Positions 45,501 to 55,050 of a DNA stretch of 64,000 nt are shown piece after piece. Under the pieces are notes generated by a model. It was not told the origin of the DNA. It made no database searches and saw nothing but the letters and a program-made list of their open reading frames with translations. Within the stretch, counting starts at the first letter, position 1. Each line of letters starts with the position of its first letter. Source of the stretch: a virus (Duplodnaviria; Caudoviricetes); IMG/VR virus record IMGVR_UViG_2645727545_000002, positions 32,001 to 96,000 of that record; one strand, 5' to 3'. The position numbers were made by a program, and so were the translations under genes.

Positions 45501-45542
45501 TATTTCCTCCTAATAAAATCATTATTTGTTTCCATAACATAC

Positions 45543-45563
45543 GGAACAGCAAAAAGCTGTTCC
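45543..45563. other. Hairpin downstream of VR2 (candidate DGR homing stem-loop)
   Basis: GGAACAGC-AAAAA-GCTGTTCC perfect 8-bp stem. Confidence 0.55.
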
Positions 45564-45584
45564 TGACTGTTCCAAAGTTCTACG

Positions 45585-46226
45585 TTATTCAACAGATACA
45601 CAGATTGAAGAATCTAAAGAACAAAACGGACGAACCCCACAAACGTTCCAATCGCAACCGTAGTAGCGCACGAAACCATCACAGTAAACAACCTGAACAT
45701 AGGAAGATGAACACCCGTCTGGTGTATCTAACCAAAACGGTTTTTCATTTTCTGTCCTAAACATACCATTCTTTCTGGCTTTTCTGTAATCATCAAAAGT
45801 TCCTAAATGTACTTTACAATTACATGTTCCGTAAGTGTCCAACCCATCCATAGAAAGTAAATCAACTGTATCTAATAATACATTTTCTTTTCCAAATCCT
45901 TTGTAGATATCAGACAGAATTTTCCCATTTTCATCATTCAGTACATTCTTGATTTCAGAAGTTCTAAAGTCATTTGACCCATTGTCAAATTTATAAGTTC
46001 CGTCAATAAGCTCTTTTTTCCAAACTTTGGTTCTATTGTTCTCAATATCCTGTTCCACCACATACCATTCATTTCCAATGTCGTCTACAATCACGTTTCC
46101 AACCTTGCATTCATAAAGTGGTTTGCTCTGTCTTATTCCTAAAGATTTCCTTAATTCTTCCGTTAATTCGATCACCAGGTTATTTCCTTCTACTTTTACA
46201 TTTGTCTTATTTACTTCGATATTCAT
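45585..46226 (-). CDS. DGR target protein 2 (remote; paralogous C-terminal domain)
   Basis: LLSMDG, TFD..RK, WLDTP, SSYVQ...GVRPF shared with target 1; contains VR2. Confidence 0.9.
   Translation of the reverse strand: MNIEVNKTNVKVEGNNLVIELTEELRKSLGIRQSKPLYECKVGNVIVDDIGNEWYVVEQDIENNRTKVWKKELIDGTYKFDNGSNDFRTSEIKNVLNDENGKILSDIYKGFGKENVLLDTVDLLSMDGLDTYGTCNCKVHLGTFDDYRKARKNGMFRTENEKPFWLDTPDGCSSSYVQVVYCDGFVRYYGCDWNVCGVRPFCSLDSSICVSVE
45623..45706 (-). repeat. DGR variable repeat VR2
   Basis: 14 mismatches to TR over 84 bp, all at TR adenines. Confidence 0.96.
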
Positions 46227-46258
46227 AATATTTTCCTCTACTTTCTTTCTAATAATTC

Positions 46259-46507
46259 TTACTTACAAAATGGTTTCCAGTACACGATCAGCGCCACACC
46301 TAATACAGTAATATATACTTTTGCATCCGTTTCTGTCATAAACAACGCGATAAGAAGCAAAATCAATCCAGAAAACTTTTGAAAGTTCAGTCTGCGCTTC
46401 CACCGTTTAAACTTCTGGCTCGTAGCAGCTATAACATATCCTTCTAACCATTCTTTATTATGTTTCTTCCATTCTTTTTCCGTCATAACTGTTTCAATCA
46501 CATTCAT
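46259..46507 (-). CDS. Small membrane protein
   Basis: Two C-terminal TM segments. Confidence 0.55.
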   Translation of the reverse strand: MNVIETVMTEKEWKKHNKEWLEGYVIAATSQKFKRWKRRLNFQKFSGLILLLIALFMTETDAKVYITVLGVALIVYWKPFCK

Positions 46508-46749
46508 TTCTTATTTCCTCCATTCCTCATATACTTGTTCACTACGTTGTTATACTCCCATTTTTCCACCACTGATACACTGCCTTTTGTTCTTACTGTA
46601 CAATATTTCTTTCCGTCAATTGTAAATTCGCTCAAAATCTCCATTGTATTATTCTCCTTTTGTTGTTGTGTTTATTTGTTGTATTTTTTATTTCCCTGAA
46701 ATCATTCTGCAAGCTGTGACACTCACAGAACGTAATATGTAAGTTTTTC

Positions 46750-47694
46750 TTATGCAGTCTTTGCTACTGCTTTTCTTGATGTTCTTTTTCGTGTTGTCTT
46801 AGACTCAATTGCCAGAATATCAATATTTCTTTCGATCACACCGGAAAGGAAATCAAATAATGAATCTTGCCACTTCTCTGATAAATTATCATTAAAATAT
46901 TTACTTCCTTTACAGTTATTCAACAGAACTCTTTCCATGTCTGTCTCTCTTCCAGAGTAGTAGGCATATAATTTTCTAAATACTCTTAATACTTTCGCGC
47001 TGAATGCCTTTCCTTCGCGATAAGTTTTACCTCCGTTCCATTGTAGTTTTACGATAAGTTGTAAAATTCTGTCTAATAAATCCGGACAAACTCTCGACAT
47101 CTTTGCACCGTCAGAGACAGAAGTTAAAATACCAATAGGATTTTTTACTGGGTTCCTGTCTCCCTTAACAGCAATGTGGTTTCTGTCACAGATAGATTTT
47201 AATGTAACATATTCTTCTTTTTTAGCTACAAGCGCCGCACTGTAGATATCGACAGGAGTCATGGTTTTTCGATCGTCTTGCTGTGACAAGAATAAGTCAA
47301 CCGCTTCTGCTTCTGTAATTCCGATCAATACTTCAACCTGAATCAATTTCATGTTTCCAAAATAAGCGCCAATGATTCTGTGCATACCGTCAACAACATA
47401 AAATTTATCATTCTTGCACATAATCTTAGGCAAATCCCACTTATAAGAGCTAAATTCAGATCCGATTTTCTTTGCAATAGATACCCTTAATTCTCTTTGC
47501 CAGTTTGGTACATGGATAAGCAATGGATTAATGCTGATAATTGCCTTTTCTCTTCCATCATGTTTCGATCTTGCTTCTTCCATCTTGTCAGATACGATCA
47601 TTCTTTCTCCAACTTCAATGATATTGTTTAGCATTCTTGCTTCATTCATCATTGTTTCCACTTCCATAGGTTCAAGTTTTCCGTTTCTACTCAT
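46750..47694 (-). CDS. ParB/Srx-like domain protein
   Basis: WQR, FYVVDGMHRI, EAVDLF. Confidence 0.7.
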   Translation of the reverse strand: MSRNGKLEPMEVETMMNEARMLNNIIEVGERMIVSDKMEEARSKHDGREKAIISINPLLIHVPNWQRELRVSIAKKIGSEFSSYKWDLPKIMCKNDKFYVVDGMHRIIGAYFGNMKLIQVEVLIGITEAEAVDLFLSQQDDRKTMTPVDIYSAALVAKKEEYVTLKSICDRNHIAVKGDRNPVKNPIGILTSVSDGAKMSRVCPDLLDRILQLIVKLQWNGGKTYREGKAFSAKVLRVFRKLYAYYSGRETDMERVLLNNCKGSKYFNDNLSEKWQDSLFDFLSGVIERNIDILAIESKTTRKRTSRKAVAKTA

Positions 47695-48113
47695 TTTTCT
47701 AATCTCCTTTAATATGTAAAGTTTTCTATAATAAAAAGCACCTGTATAATTACAAGTGCTTTCTATACGTATACATCTATGTTGCATTGTCGTTCTTCAT
47801 TTTCGATATGAACATCTATCCATGTTCTACCGCGTCTGTATGAACTGCTTCCCAAAATATCCAGTGTTACGAGAGGATTCTCCCGAATCTGCTCACACTC
47901 TTCATTCGTTAGTATATTCTTATCCAAGGCTTCCAATTCATCAAACGTATAATCTGCTAAAGATTTTCCTACTGTTATCATAATCATGGCTCCTTTCCTT
48001 CTGCTTCGTTTCGCTTCTTTCAACCGAGATCAGCTCAATCTTGTGTTTCCTCTGTGTAATATTGATCAACTGTATCTGATGCTTGTTATAAAAATTTTCC
48101 ATCATGTCTCTTC

Positions 48114-48491
48114 CTATTCCATTCTTTCCGCTTTCGTATTTGTTGTATATGGCTCTTTGCTGATTATCCAATCACCTACAGATAGATATACTTTTTCATC
48201 ATCGTTCCAGGTTTCCCAACCTTTTATATCATTTACATTGATATATCCGCTATCCGGTGTAACGTCTGTTTCGATATAATAGCCAGTTCCGTCCGTAAAA
48301 TTTAACTCCAATCCCTCTGTTCCTATAGTAACGCTTTCGATTTCTTCTGTATCGATATATGTCTCCGGCATTTCTGTGACTGTTTCTTGAGCTTGTTCCG
48401 ATGTGTTTTCAATCGAGTTTCTTCCTATTATAAATGTGGTAAAAGAAATAATTGCAACAGCACCGATATATAATATTTTCCGCTTCATCAT
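48114..48491 (-). CDS. Secreted or membrane-anchored hypothetical protein
   Basis: N-terminal signal/TM segment. Confidence 0.55.
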   Translation of the reverse strand: MMKRKILYIGAVAIISFTTFIIGRNSIENTSEQAQETVTEMPETYIDTEEIESVTIGTEGLELNFTDGTGYYIETDVTPDSGYINVNDIKGWETWNDDEKVYLSVGDWIISKEPYTTNTKAERME

Positions 48492-48767
48492 TCAAACCTC
48501 TTTCTATAAATCCTTTACGTTTCCGACTACTTCCCAATCTGTTATTGAGTCCGTTGTATTTAGCTTTTCCAGTGGTAGACGCTCAATATTTCCATTTCCG
48601 GCATTATATGTATATCTGTATTTCCGTGTATCAATGATTGATTCACTGACAACACGTCTTAAAAATCTATTTGTCATAGTTTATTTCTCCTTACTATGCG
48701 TAAATTTTCCCATTTGTGCCTGTTTTATAATTCTTAAAGATAACAACTGGATTTTTAAAACAGTTCT

Positions 48768-49313
48768 CTAAATCATCAATATACCTACTGTCAAAGCAGC
48801 CATATTTTGATTTTTGTAATTTTTACATTTTTTATTATCTTCAAGAGTTTCTTTTATTTCCTCTTCTTTTAAATCCTGCCAACCTTCAAAAATCATCATA
48901 GAACAGTTATAGAAGAGTTTTCTATATTGTGTTCTTTTTCGGTATGGTGTAAAAATCATTTCCATAACATCACTATACTGTGCATATGTTTTTGCTTTCA
49001 TGGAATGGAAAGTAATTTTTTGAGCTACTGGGAAGCCGAATTCGTTCAGATATACAAGTGTATATCTTTTTCCTTCCTGTAATTTGTTATAAAGTGCTTT
49101 CTGTAATGGTTCCGCGTATTTCATAAACAGATCATCAAATACTTTGATAGCTTCGATTTCCGTTGATACTGTTTTACTTTCTAATTCTTCGTCATCTTCA
49201 TACATTGCCATGATTTCAAATTCTCCGAAAATCTCACAGGCATCAATGATTGTTTTCTTTCCCATTGTATACCCTCCTTTTAACTCTTCGTGTTTGATTG
49301 TTCTTTTTAACAT
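48768..49313 (-). CDS. Hypothetical protein
   Basis: ORF with RBS. Confidence 0.55.
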   Translation of the reverse strand: MLKRTIKHEELKGGYTMGKKTIIDACEIFGEFEIMAMYEDDEELESKTVSTEIEAIKVFDDLFMKYAEPLQKALYNKLQEGKRYTLVYLNEFGFPVAQKITFHSMKAKTYAQYSDVMEMIFTPYRKRTQYRKLFYNCSMMIFEGWQDLKEEEIKETLEDNKKCKNYKNQNMAALTVGILMI

Positions 49314-49733
49314 TCTATTTTCCTCCTATTTTACTTGTGTATGCTTTTCCGCTTATAAAAAAGACAAATGTTCAAATTAGAATTAAAACTATCTTCTAAA
49401 TGATCCATATTGCCCACTTTTATAAGCGGAAAATTTCCGCCTATATTCTATATTAGGTCTATTAATCTTACTCCATGATATTCTGATAATTTTATGATTT
49501 TTTTAAATCCATTTTCAATCATCCAATTTTTCAAAAACTTTTTTCGTTGTTTTAAATTTTGTAGATCCGAAAAATGGAAACGGATTATAACCGCTTATCT
49601 CTATCCATTCCTCTGTATTTGTGCTTTTTATCCACACATTAGTTATTTTACCGTCCTTAATCCATTTTGTCTGTTTGATTGTCATTATCTTTTCCTCCTA
49701 ATATGTAATAATTCTATTTAAAAGTAGAAAAAC

Positions 49734-50402
49734 TTATACTTCTACTGTAAAAATCCTTCCTTTATCCCAATTTGCTTTTTGTAAAGCCTGATCAGATACA
49801 GATATTCTTACTTCTAATTCGCCATTATTATTGATATAATAGCTAGTATTATCATATTTTTGATTGAACAATTTTGAAAAATATTTCTTCATGTCCTCTA
49901 CTTTTTCAATTCTTTTTTCCGTCAATTCCTTGTTATAGTTAAATTCATCACCGTAATTATATCCTGCAAATGTATCTCGTTTCCCATCTGAAAAAACTCT
50001 GAACCCTGCCAAATCATCAAGTATAACTATTTCATCGAAATCAGCGTTGCAATATTTATTAACAAAATTTAAAATATTTTCTTTAGTGTATTTAACTTTT
50101 TCGATGTTGGAATTTCTTTCGCATTCTAATCTTGATTTATTGCAATCATCAATTTTCGGATCATCTGTAATATAATGACAATAATCGCAAGTCAAGTAAC
50201 CTTTTTCCGAAATTGTTTTCGGTTGTTTTAATTTCCTTCCGTTCTTACCATATTCAACAACTGTATGTTTGTAACCGCTTATAAATTCAATATAAATCTT
50301 TTTTCCTTCTTTATTAGTAAATGCTGTTCTGATTCTACAATTTTCCACGTCATTACATGGTACCCAACCTGCACCTTCAAAATACAATACTTTCTTGCTC
50401 AT
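49734..50402 (-). CDS. Hypothetical phage protein
   Basis: LYFEGAG..NCRIRTAF motif. Confidence 0.65.
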   Translation of the reverse strand: MSKKVLYFEGAGWVPCNDVENCRIRTAFTNKEGKKIYIEFISGYKHTVVEYGKNGRKLKQPKTISEKGYLTCDYCHYITDDPKIDDCNKSRLECERNSNIEKVKYTKENILNFVNKYCNADFDEIVILDDLAGFRVFSDGKRDTFAGYNYGDEFNYNKELTEKRIEKVEDMKKYFSKLFNQKYDNTSYYINNNGELEVRISVSDQALQKANWDKGRIFTVEV

Positions 50403-50479
50403 AATTTCCACCTTTTTAACCTTTCTTTTATATATCTGCTTTGTTATTCTCTGTACATCGCTGAATTATCTCAAATTTT

Positions 50480-50905
50480 TTATATTTCCAAATCATCCAT
50501 TGACTCACTATAAAGCGATTTGTATTTTACCTGCATGTTTCCGTATTCATCATATATGCTGTTACGCTCTGAATGAGTGTGTATAATGCTTGTAAACTGC
50601 ATAATGTTGTATAAATGTTTTCCCTCCTTTGAAAATACTTTATGAGGAATATATAAGGCTCTTCCAATACAATTTTTAAATAAATCATATTCAGCGCCGT
50701 AGAATGATTCTTTACTAAAAGAACATACATTTTTTAGCGCATCATTCTTGATTATATCTTTTTCCCATTCCTCAAGATTTATATTATCCAGTTCTGAGAA
50801 GTCAAACAGTGTTTTAGTAGTTGCAAGATTATTTTCCGCTATTAATAAATTATTTTCCTCCGCTGTCTTCTTTACTGTTTTAAAAAGTTTATATTGCTTT
50901 GTCAT
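50480..50905 (-). CDS. Hypothetical protein
   Basis: ORF with RBS. Confidence 0.55.
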   Translation of the reverse strand: MTKQYKLFKTVKKTAEENNLLIAENNLATTKTLFDFSELDNINLEEWEKDIIKNDALKNVCSFSKESFYGAEYDLFKNCIGRALYIPHKVFSKEGKHLYNIMQFTSIIHTHSERNSIYDEYGNMQVKYKSLYSESMDDLEI

Positions 50906-51339
50906 AAATTTTTCCTCCTTACCATTTATAAATATTTCCTTCAAAGTCATATAAAATTACTGTTTCTCCATCATCAGCAAGTTCCCATTGTGAAATATTT
51001 TCCAATGCATACTCCATTCGCTCAATGTGTGATTCTGGCTTTGCATGATCTGATGTGTTTTTTCCAACAAAAAAGCAACCGATTGCAACGGCTGCTAAAG
51101 TGACTATATATGCAATTTTCTTTTTCATATGTTTTTCCTCCATTTTATTATCTATGTAATATTAATCCACTTTTTATCATGTCAAAAAACCATTCCTGAA
51201 AGTCATGGTATTCTGTTTTATCTACAATATCACGATAAACCTCTTTGAGCTGATCCTCTGTGAATGATCTGTCCATTACTTCCGGAAGTGATTCCCGGTT
51301 ATCTTCAGAAAAATAATATTTGTTTACCATCGTCTTAAT

Positions 51340-52330
51340 CTCCTTTGCTTATTTGATTATTCGCTGTTTTTATTCTCATCTATGCAAGCCATGTGTGAAA
51401 ATGTTATGCCTTGCATAGTCAAAATAAAAATGAGAGTTGCGCTTTCATCGGGTTAGTTGGCGCTCCCACTGCTCCGGCTCTCTCGTTCCGGCTTATTTGT
51501 TTTCAGTACTCTTTATAATACTTTAGGAAGTTACCGGCTTTTTAACACTCCTTAAAGTGAACCGGTTTCGCTCATTATGTTCGCTCCCTGCCTGCATTTT
51601 CTACCCCGTTCTACGTAGGCTGACGGCTTTTAACTTTTTCGGCTGTTCTCATACCGTGTATAATCTGTTTTAAAAAGGAGATATACAAGCTCCTTAATGT
51701 CAGCACAACTATGAGGCATTGCTGATCTTGAGCCTTTCGGAAGTGTTAGCCGTTCCGATGCTTTTGCAATTCCTAGTTATTTTTATGTGTACTCCTTGCA
51801 ACCGTCACATATCTTTCGCATTGTTTTACTTCCTGGAAAATCTTAATATGGAAGTATTTCACTTGTAAGGACTTACTCGTGTCGTGCCTATACAAGATTT
51901 TGCTTTTTGTAATATTATTTTTTAAATAGTTGACTTATGCAAAATCATGTTCGCTTGTCAATCTTATATGCGTTTGAGTGTCTACATTTTTCAGAACCGC
52001 CTAACCTGTGGACACTACAATAATTGTAGCGGTTATATTTTTCATATAACAGATTCAAGGTACGTTTCATTTCGCTTCACTCTTTCCCTTATAAGATAGA
52101 GAAATCACCTTATACCTACATTTCGCATAATTATTTTACTGTTAGCAATACAAACTATTTTCGTATCGGTTTTAAGTTTAGGATTTTGTAATTGACTTTT
52201 ACCAAAGAAATGACTATAATAGAATATGTCAATAACACATAGAGTTATTTGTACATTAAAGAGGTTGATGAACTTTGGTCGGTTAGCAACCTCTTTTTTG
52301 TTTAACTCGTTTCCCTTAACTTGATTATAT
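51340..52330 (-). other. ~1 kb non-coding, hairpin-rich leader of the leftward operon
   Basis: No ORF of 60 aa or more; promoter TTGACA(52357-52)-17-TAAGAT with ACTACAT/ATGTAGT operator; GC-richer stems. Confidence 0.55.
52192..52299 (+). ncRNA. Putative small antisense RNA unit C
   Basis: TTGACT-17-TATAAT; terminator AAAGAGGTTG...CAACCTCTTT with TTTGGTCG loop. Confidence 0.55.
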
Positions 52331-52381
52331 CTTACTACATTTTTATGTAGTTGTCAATATATTTTTTAAAGTTTTTTATTT

Positions 52382-52597
52382 TTATTTTGTAGTTTTATCA
52401 TCTGGAATATACTCTAATATATCTCCGGGTTGACAATTTAAAACTTTACATATTGAATCAATCGTTGTAAGGTTTACTGGTCTATTTTTTGAAATACTTG
52501 CCATAGTGACAGGACTACACCCAATCGCATTTTGCAGATCAATTTTTTTCATGCCCTTACGATTGAGCATATCAATTAATTTATAATATGCTATCAC
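52382..52597 (-). CDS. Cro/C1-type HTH regulator
   Basis: YYKLIDML..ICKVLNCQPGDILEY. Confidence 0.88.
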   Translation of the reverse strand: MIAYYKLIDMLNRKGMKKIDLQNAIGCSPVTMASISKNRPVNLTTIDSICKVLNCQPGDILEYIPDDKTTK

Positions 52598-52983
52598 GTT
52601 TTAACCTCCTATTATATAATAAAGTAATTATACCAAAAATACTCCGGCATTGCCATACTCTATTATAGCCACATCTTCAGTTGTCAAAGTACAAAAGTTT
52701 GGGGATCACTCAGTCAGATTTGACTTTGTTTTTCAGATATGCTACACTTTAGTTGACTGATTTATGTATTGTGCAGTGTATCTGTACACCCTATACAAGT
52801 TTTACGGCTGGTATCTTGTTTACAATCTCATTTGTTATCTGTATGCCTGTCGTTTAACTTGTATTTATAATAGCATAGGTTTAACCTATAGTCAATAGGT
52901 AAAACCTGTTTTATTGTTTTAATTTAGTATAATATTATTTTATTAATTATTGTTATGTGTTTTTTGAAAGAAAGTGGGATATT

Positions 52984-53160
52984 ATGTCATATAATGCAAA
53001 AGCTGACGAAAATTATAGAAAAAAGTGTAAAACAATCGGACTCAAATTTACTTTGAATGAATTAGATTTTTATGAAAATATTGTTAAACATTGTGAAAAT
53101 AACAATTTATCTCTACAGGGATATATAAAAAATCTAATACGCAAAGATTTAGACAAGTAA
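52984..53160 (+). CDS. Ribbon-helix-helix-like small regulator
   Basis: TIGLKF..SLQGYIKNLIRKDL. Confidence 0.65.
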   Translation: MSYNAKADENYRKKCKTIGLKFTLNELDFYENIVKHCENNNLSLQGYIKNLIRKDLDK

Positions 53161-53220
53161 GAAAATACTGCTATTGCTTCATATTTTAAAAATAAAAGAT
53201 TTAGATAAAGAGGTATTACA

Positions 53221-53487
53221 ATGAATAAACATGATTTTTATACAATTATTACATCTATTTTAAGTGCAAAAAATTTAACTTTTGCCGATCTGGCAAAATA
53301 TTTAGAAATAAGTGAATTGAGTTTAGCAAGAAATATAACTAAAAACAAAACAATTAATATTGACTTATTGTTAAAAATATTTGATTTTTTAGATATATCT
53401 TTTGTGGATAATAAAACTGGTAATATAATTACGCTCAAAACCAATGAAGATATTTTATCAGACGCACTAAATGATATTAACTCGTAA
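53221..53487 (+). CDS. HTH regulator
   Basis: LTFADLAKYLEISE. Confidence 0.7.
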   Translation: MNKHDFYTIITSILSAKNLTFADLAKYLEISELSLARNITKNKTINIDLLLKIFDFLDISFVDNKTGNIITLKTNEDILSDALNDINS

Positions 53488-53682
53488 CAAAACAATAATT
53501 TACATATAAAATAAGAAGCAATAGTGTATTGTATAAAGTGTTAAAATCTTTTTTATATGTATTATTATGCTATGACCCTTTAGACGGCAACGCATTACTA
53601 CTATTATATAGATAGTATGTGCTAATTTGATTTTATTGTGATATAATTATTTATATAATGATAGTAAAGGAATAATATAATA

Positions 53683-53886
53683 ATGTTTTTATATAAAATA
53701 GATATATTAGATACACTCAAAGAAAAAGGATACAATACAAATAGGTTGAGAAAAGAAAAGCTACTAGGAGAAAACGCAATACAATCAATACGGAATAATA
53801 AAATAGTCGGAATGAGTGCGCTTGAAAAGATATGCAGTTTATTAGACTGTCAGCCAGGTGATTTGATTGAGTATATAAAAGAATAG
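53683..53886 (+). CDS. Cro/C1-type HTH regulator
   Basis: LEKICSLLDCQPGDLIEY. Confidence 0.88.
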   Translation: MFLYKIDILDTLKEKGYNTNRLRKEKLLGENAIQSIRNNKIVGMSALEKICSLLDCQPGDLIEYIKE

Positions 53887-53946
53887 AATTACATTACTAA
53901 TAATGTAATTTGCATTGACTTTACATTATTAGTAATGTAATATGAT
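53887..53946 (+). promoter_or_regulatory. Promoter with twin palindromic operators TTACATTA-N-TAATGTAA
   Basis: Two copies flank and overlap TTGACT upstream of the TA pair. Confidence 0.65.
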
Positions 53947-53987
53947 TGTAGTTAGTAAATGTCTCATATATTATTAAGAAAGGATGA

Positions 53988-54308
53988 TTGTACTTGATTG
54001 ACATTGAAGTATTGCAGAAATTAAATGTACCTAATAGGATAGTATTGACAAAACATGCAAAGGAAAGGTTGATAGAAAGAAATATCGCTATCACGGATAT
54101 TATAAACGGCATTAAGACTGGCGAAATTATAAAACAATATGAAGATGATAAACCTTTACCTAGCTGTTTGATACTAGGATTTTCGGTAAATAATAAATAT
54201 ATTCATATTGTAGTTAGTCACGATAGTGATTATATTTATTTGATAACAGCATACTACCCTAACACAGATCAGTGGGAAATGGATTTCAAAACAAGAAAGA
54301 AGGTTTGA
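53988..54308 (+). CDS. DUF4258 (RelE-like) toxin
   Basis: TKHAKERL.ER, YEDDKPLPSCLILG, IHIVV, ITAYYP..QW. Confidence 0.85.
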   Translation: MYLIDIEVLQKLNVPNRIVLTKHAKERLIERNIAITDIINGIKTGEIIKQYEDDKPLPSCLILGFSVNNKYIHIVVSHDSDYIYLITAYYPNTDQWEMDFKTRKKV

Positions 54309-54312
54309 TAAT

Positions 54313-54549
54313 ATGTTATGTATTGAATGTGGCGCAGTTACTGAAAAGGGATATACAACGGACGTTACGGACTTAGGAAACTGCCTTGTTATTATTCGGA
54401 ATGTACCATGCTATAAATGTACAGAGTGTAATGAGATTATTTATACTGGAGACGTTGTACAAGAGATAGAAAAAATTGTTAATACGGCCAAACAATGTTT
54501 TCAGGAAGTATCTATCATTGATTATAATAATTACAAACAAGTTGCATAA
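54313..54549 (+). CDS. YgiT-type zinc-finger antitoxin (MqsA N-terminal-like)
   Basis: CIECG..IIRNVPCYKCTECNE. Confidence 0.85.
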   Translation: MLCIECGAVTEKGYTTDVTDLGNCLVIIRNVPCYKCTECNEIIYTGDVVQEIEKIVNTAKQCFQEVSIIDYNNYKQVA

Positions 54550-54815
54550 ATATGATAGCGATACTGTTATGGTGTCGCTATTTTTTGTATGTTATCGTGT
54601 CAGTGTGTATGTTAGTGTATATTAACTTGTGTTATGACTGTATAGTTATAGTATGTTATATGATACACATGTAATACTTGTGTAATAATAGTGAGTATAG
54701 TTGTGTGTTTGTGTGGACTGCATCACGTTGTTGTGTAGGATGTTTAGGTAAACTAAACTAGGAATTATTACTTTTATTAGTGTAGTATTGTTTTGTGTAT
54801 TGTTTTGATGTATAT

Positions 54816-55050
54816 TTATACACAAATTATTGCATAGTTATACACATGATGTGGATAAGTTTAATTTTAAAAAATGGTATAAAAGTGGTGATGTGGTACT
54901 CATTTGTAGGTTATTTTGGATTGCAAGTGGGGAATATGTGTTGGTTTTGGTTTGATTTTGTGTGTCTAGTGGGAAATTTTGTTTTGAGGTAAGTTTTAAG
55001 GCAAAAAGTTATCCACATATTATTTTGAGTTATCCACATTATGTGGATAA
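54816..55050. promoter_or_regulatory. Cluster of six DnaA boxes
   Basis: TTATACACA 54816 and 54838, TGTGGATAA 54850, TTATCCACA 55009 and 55030, TGTGGATAA 55042. Confidence 0.75.
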
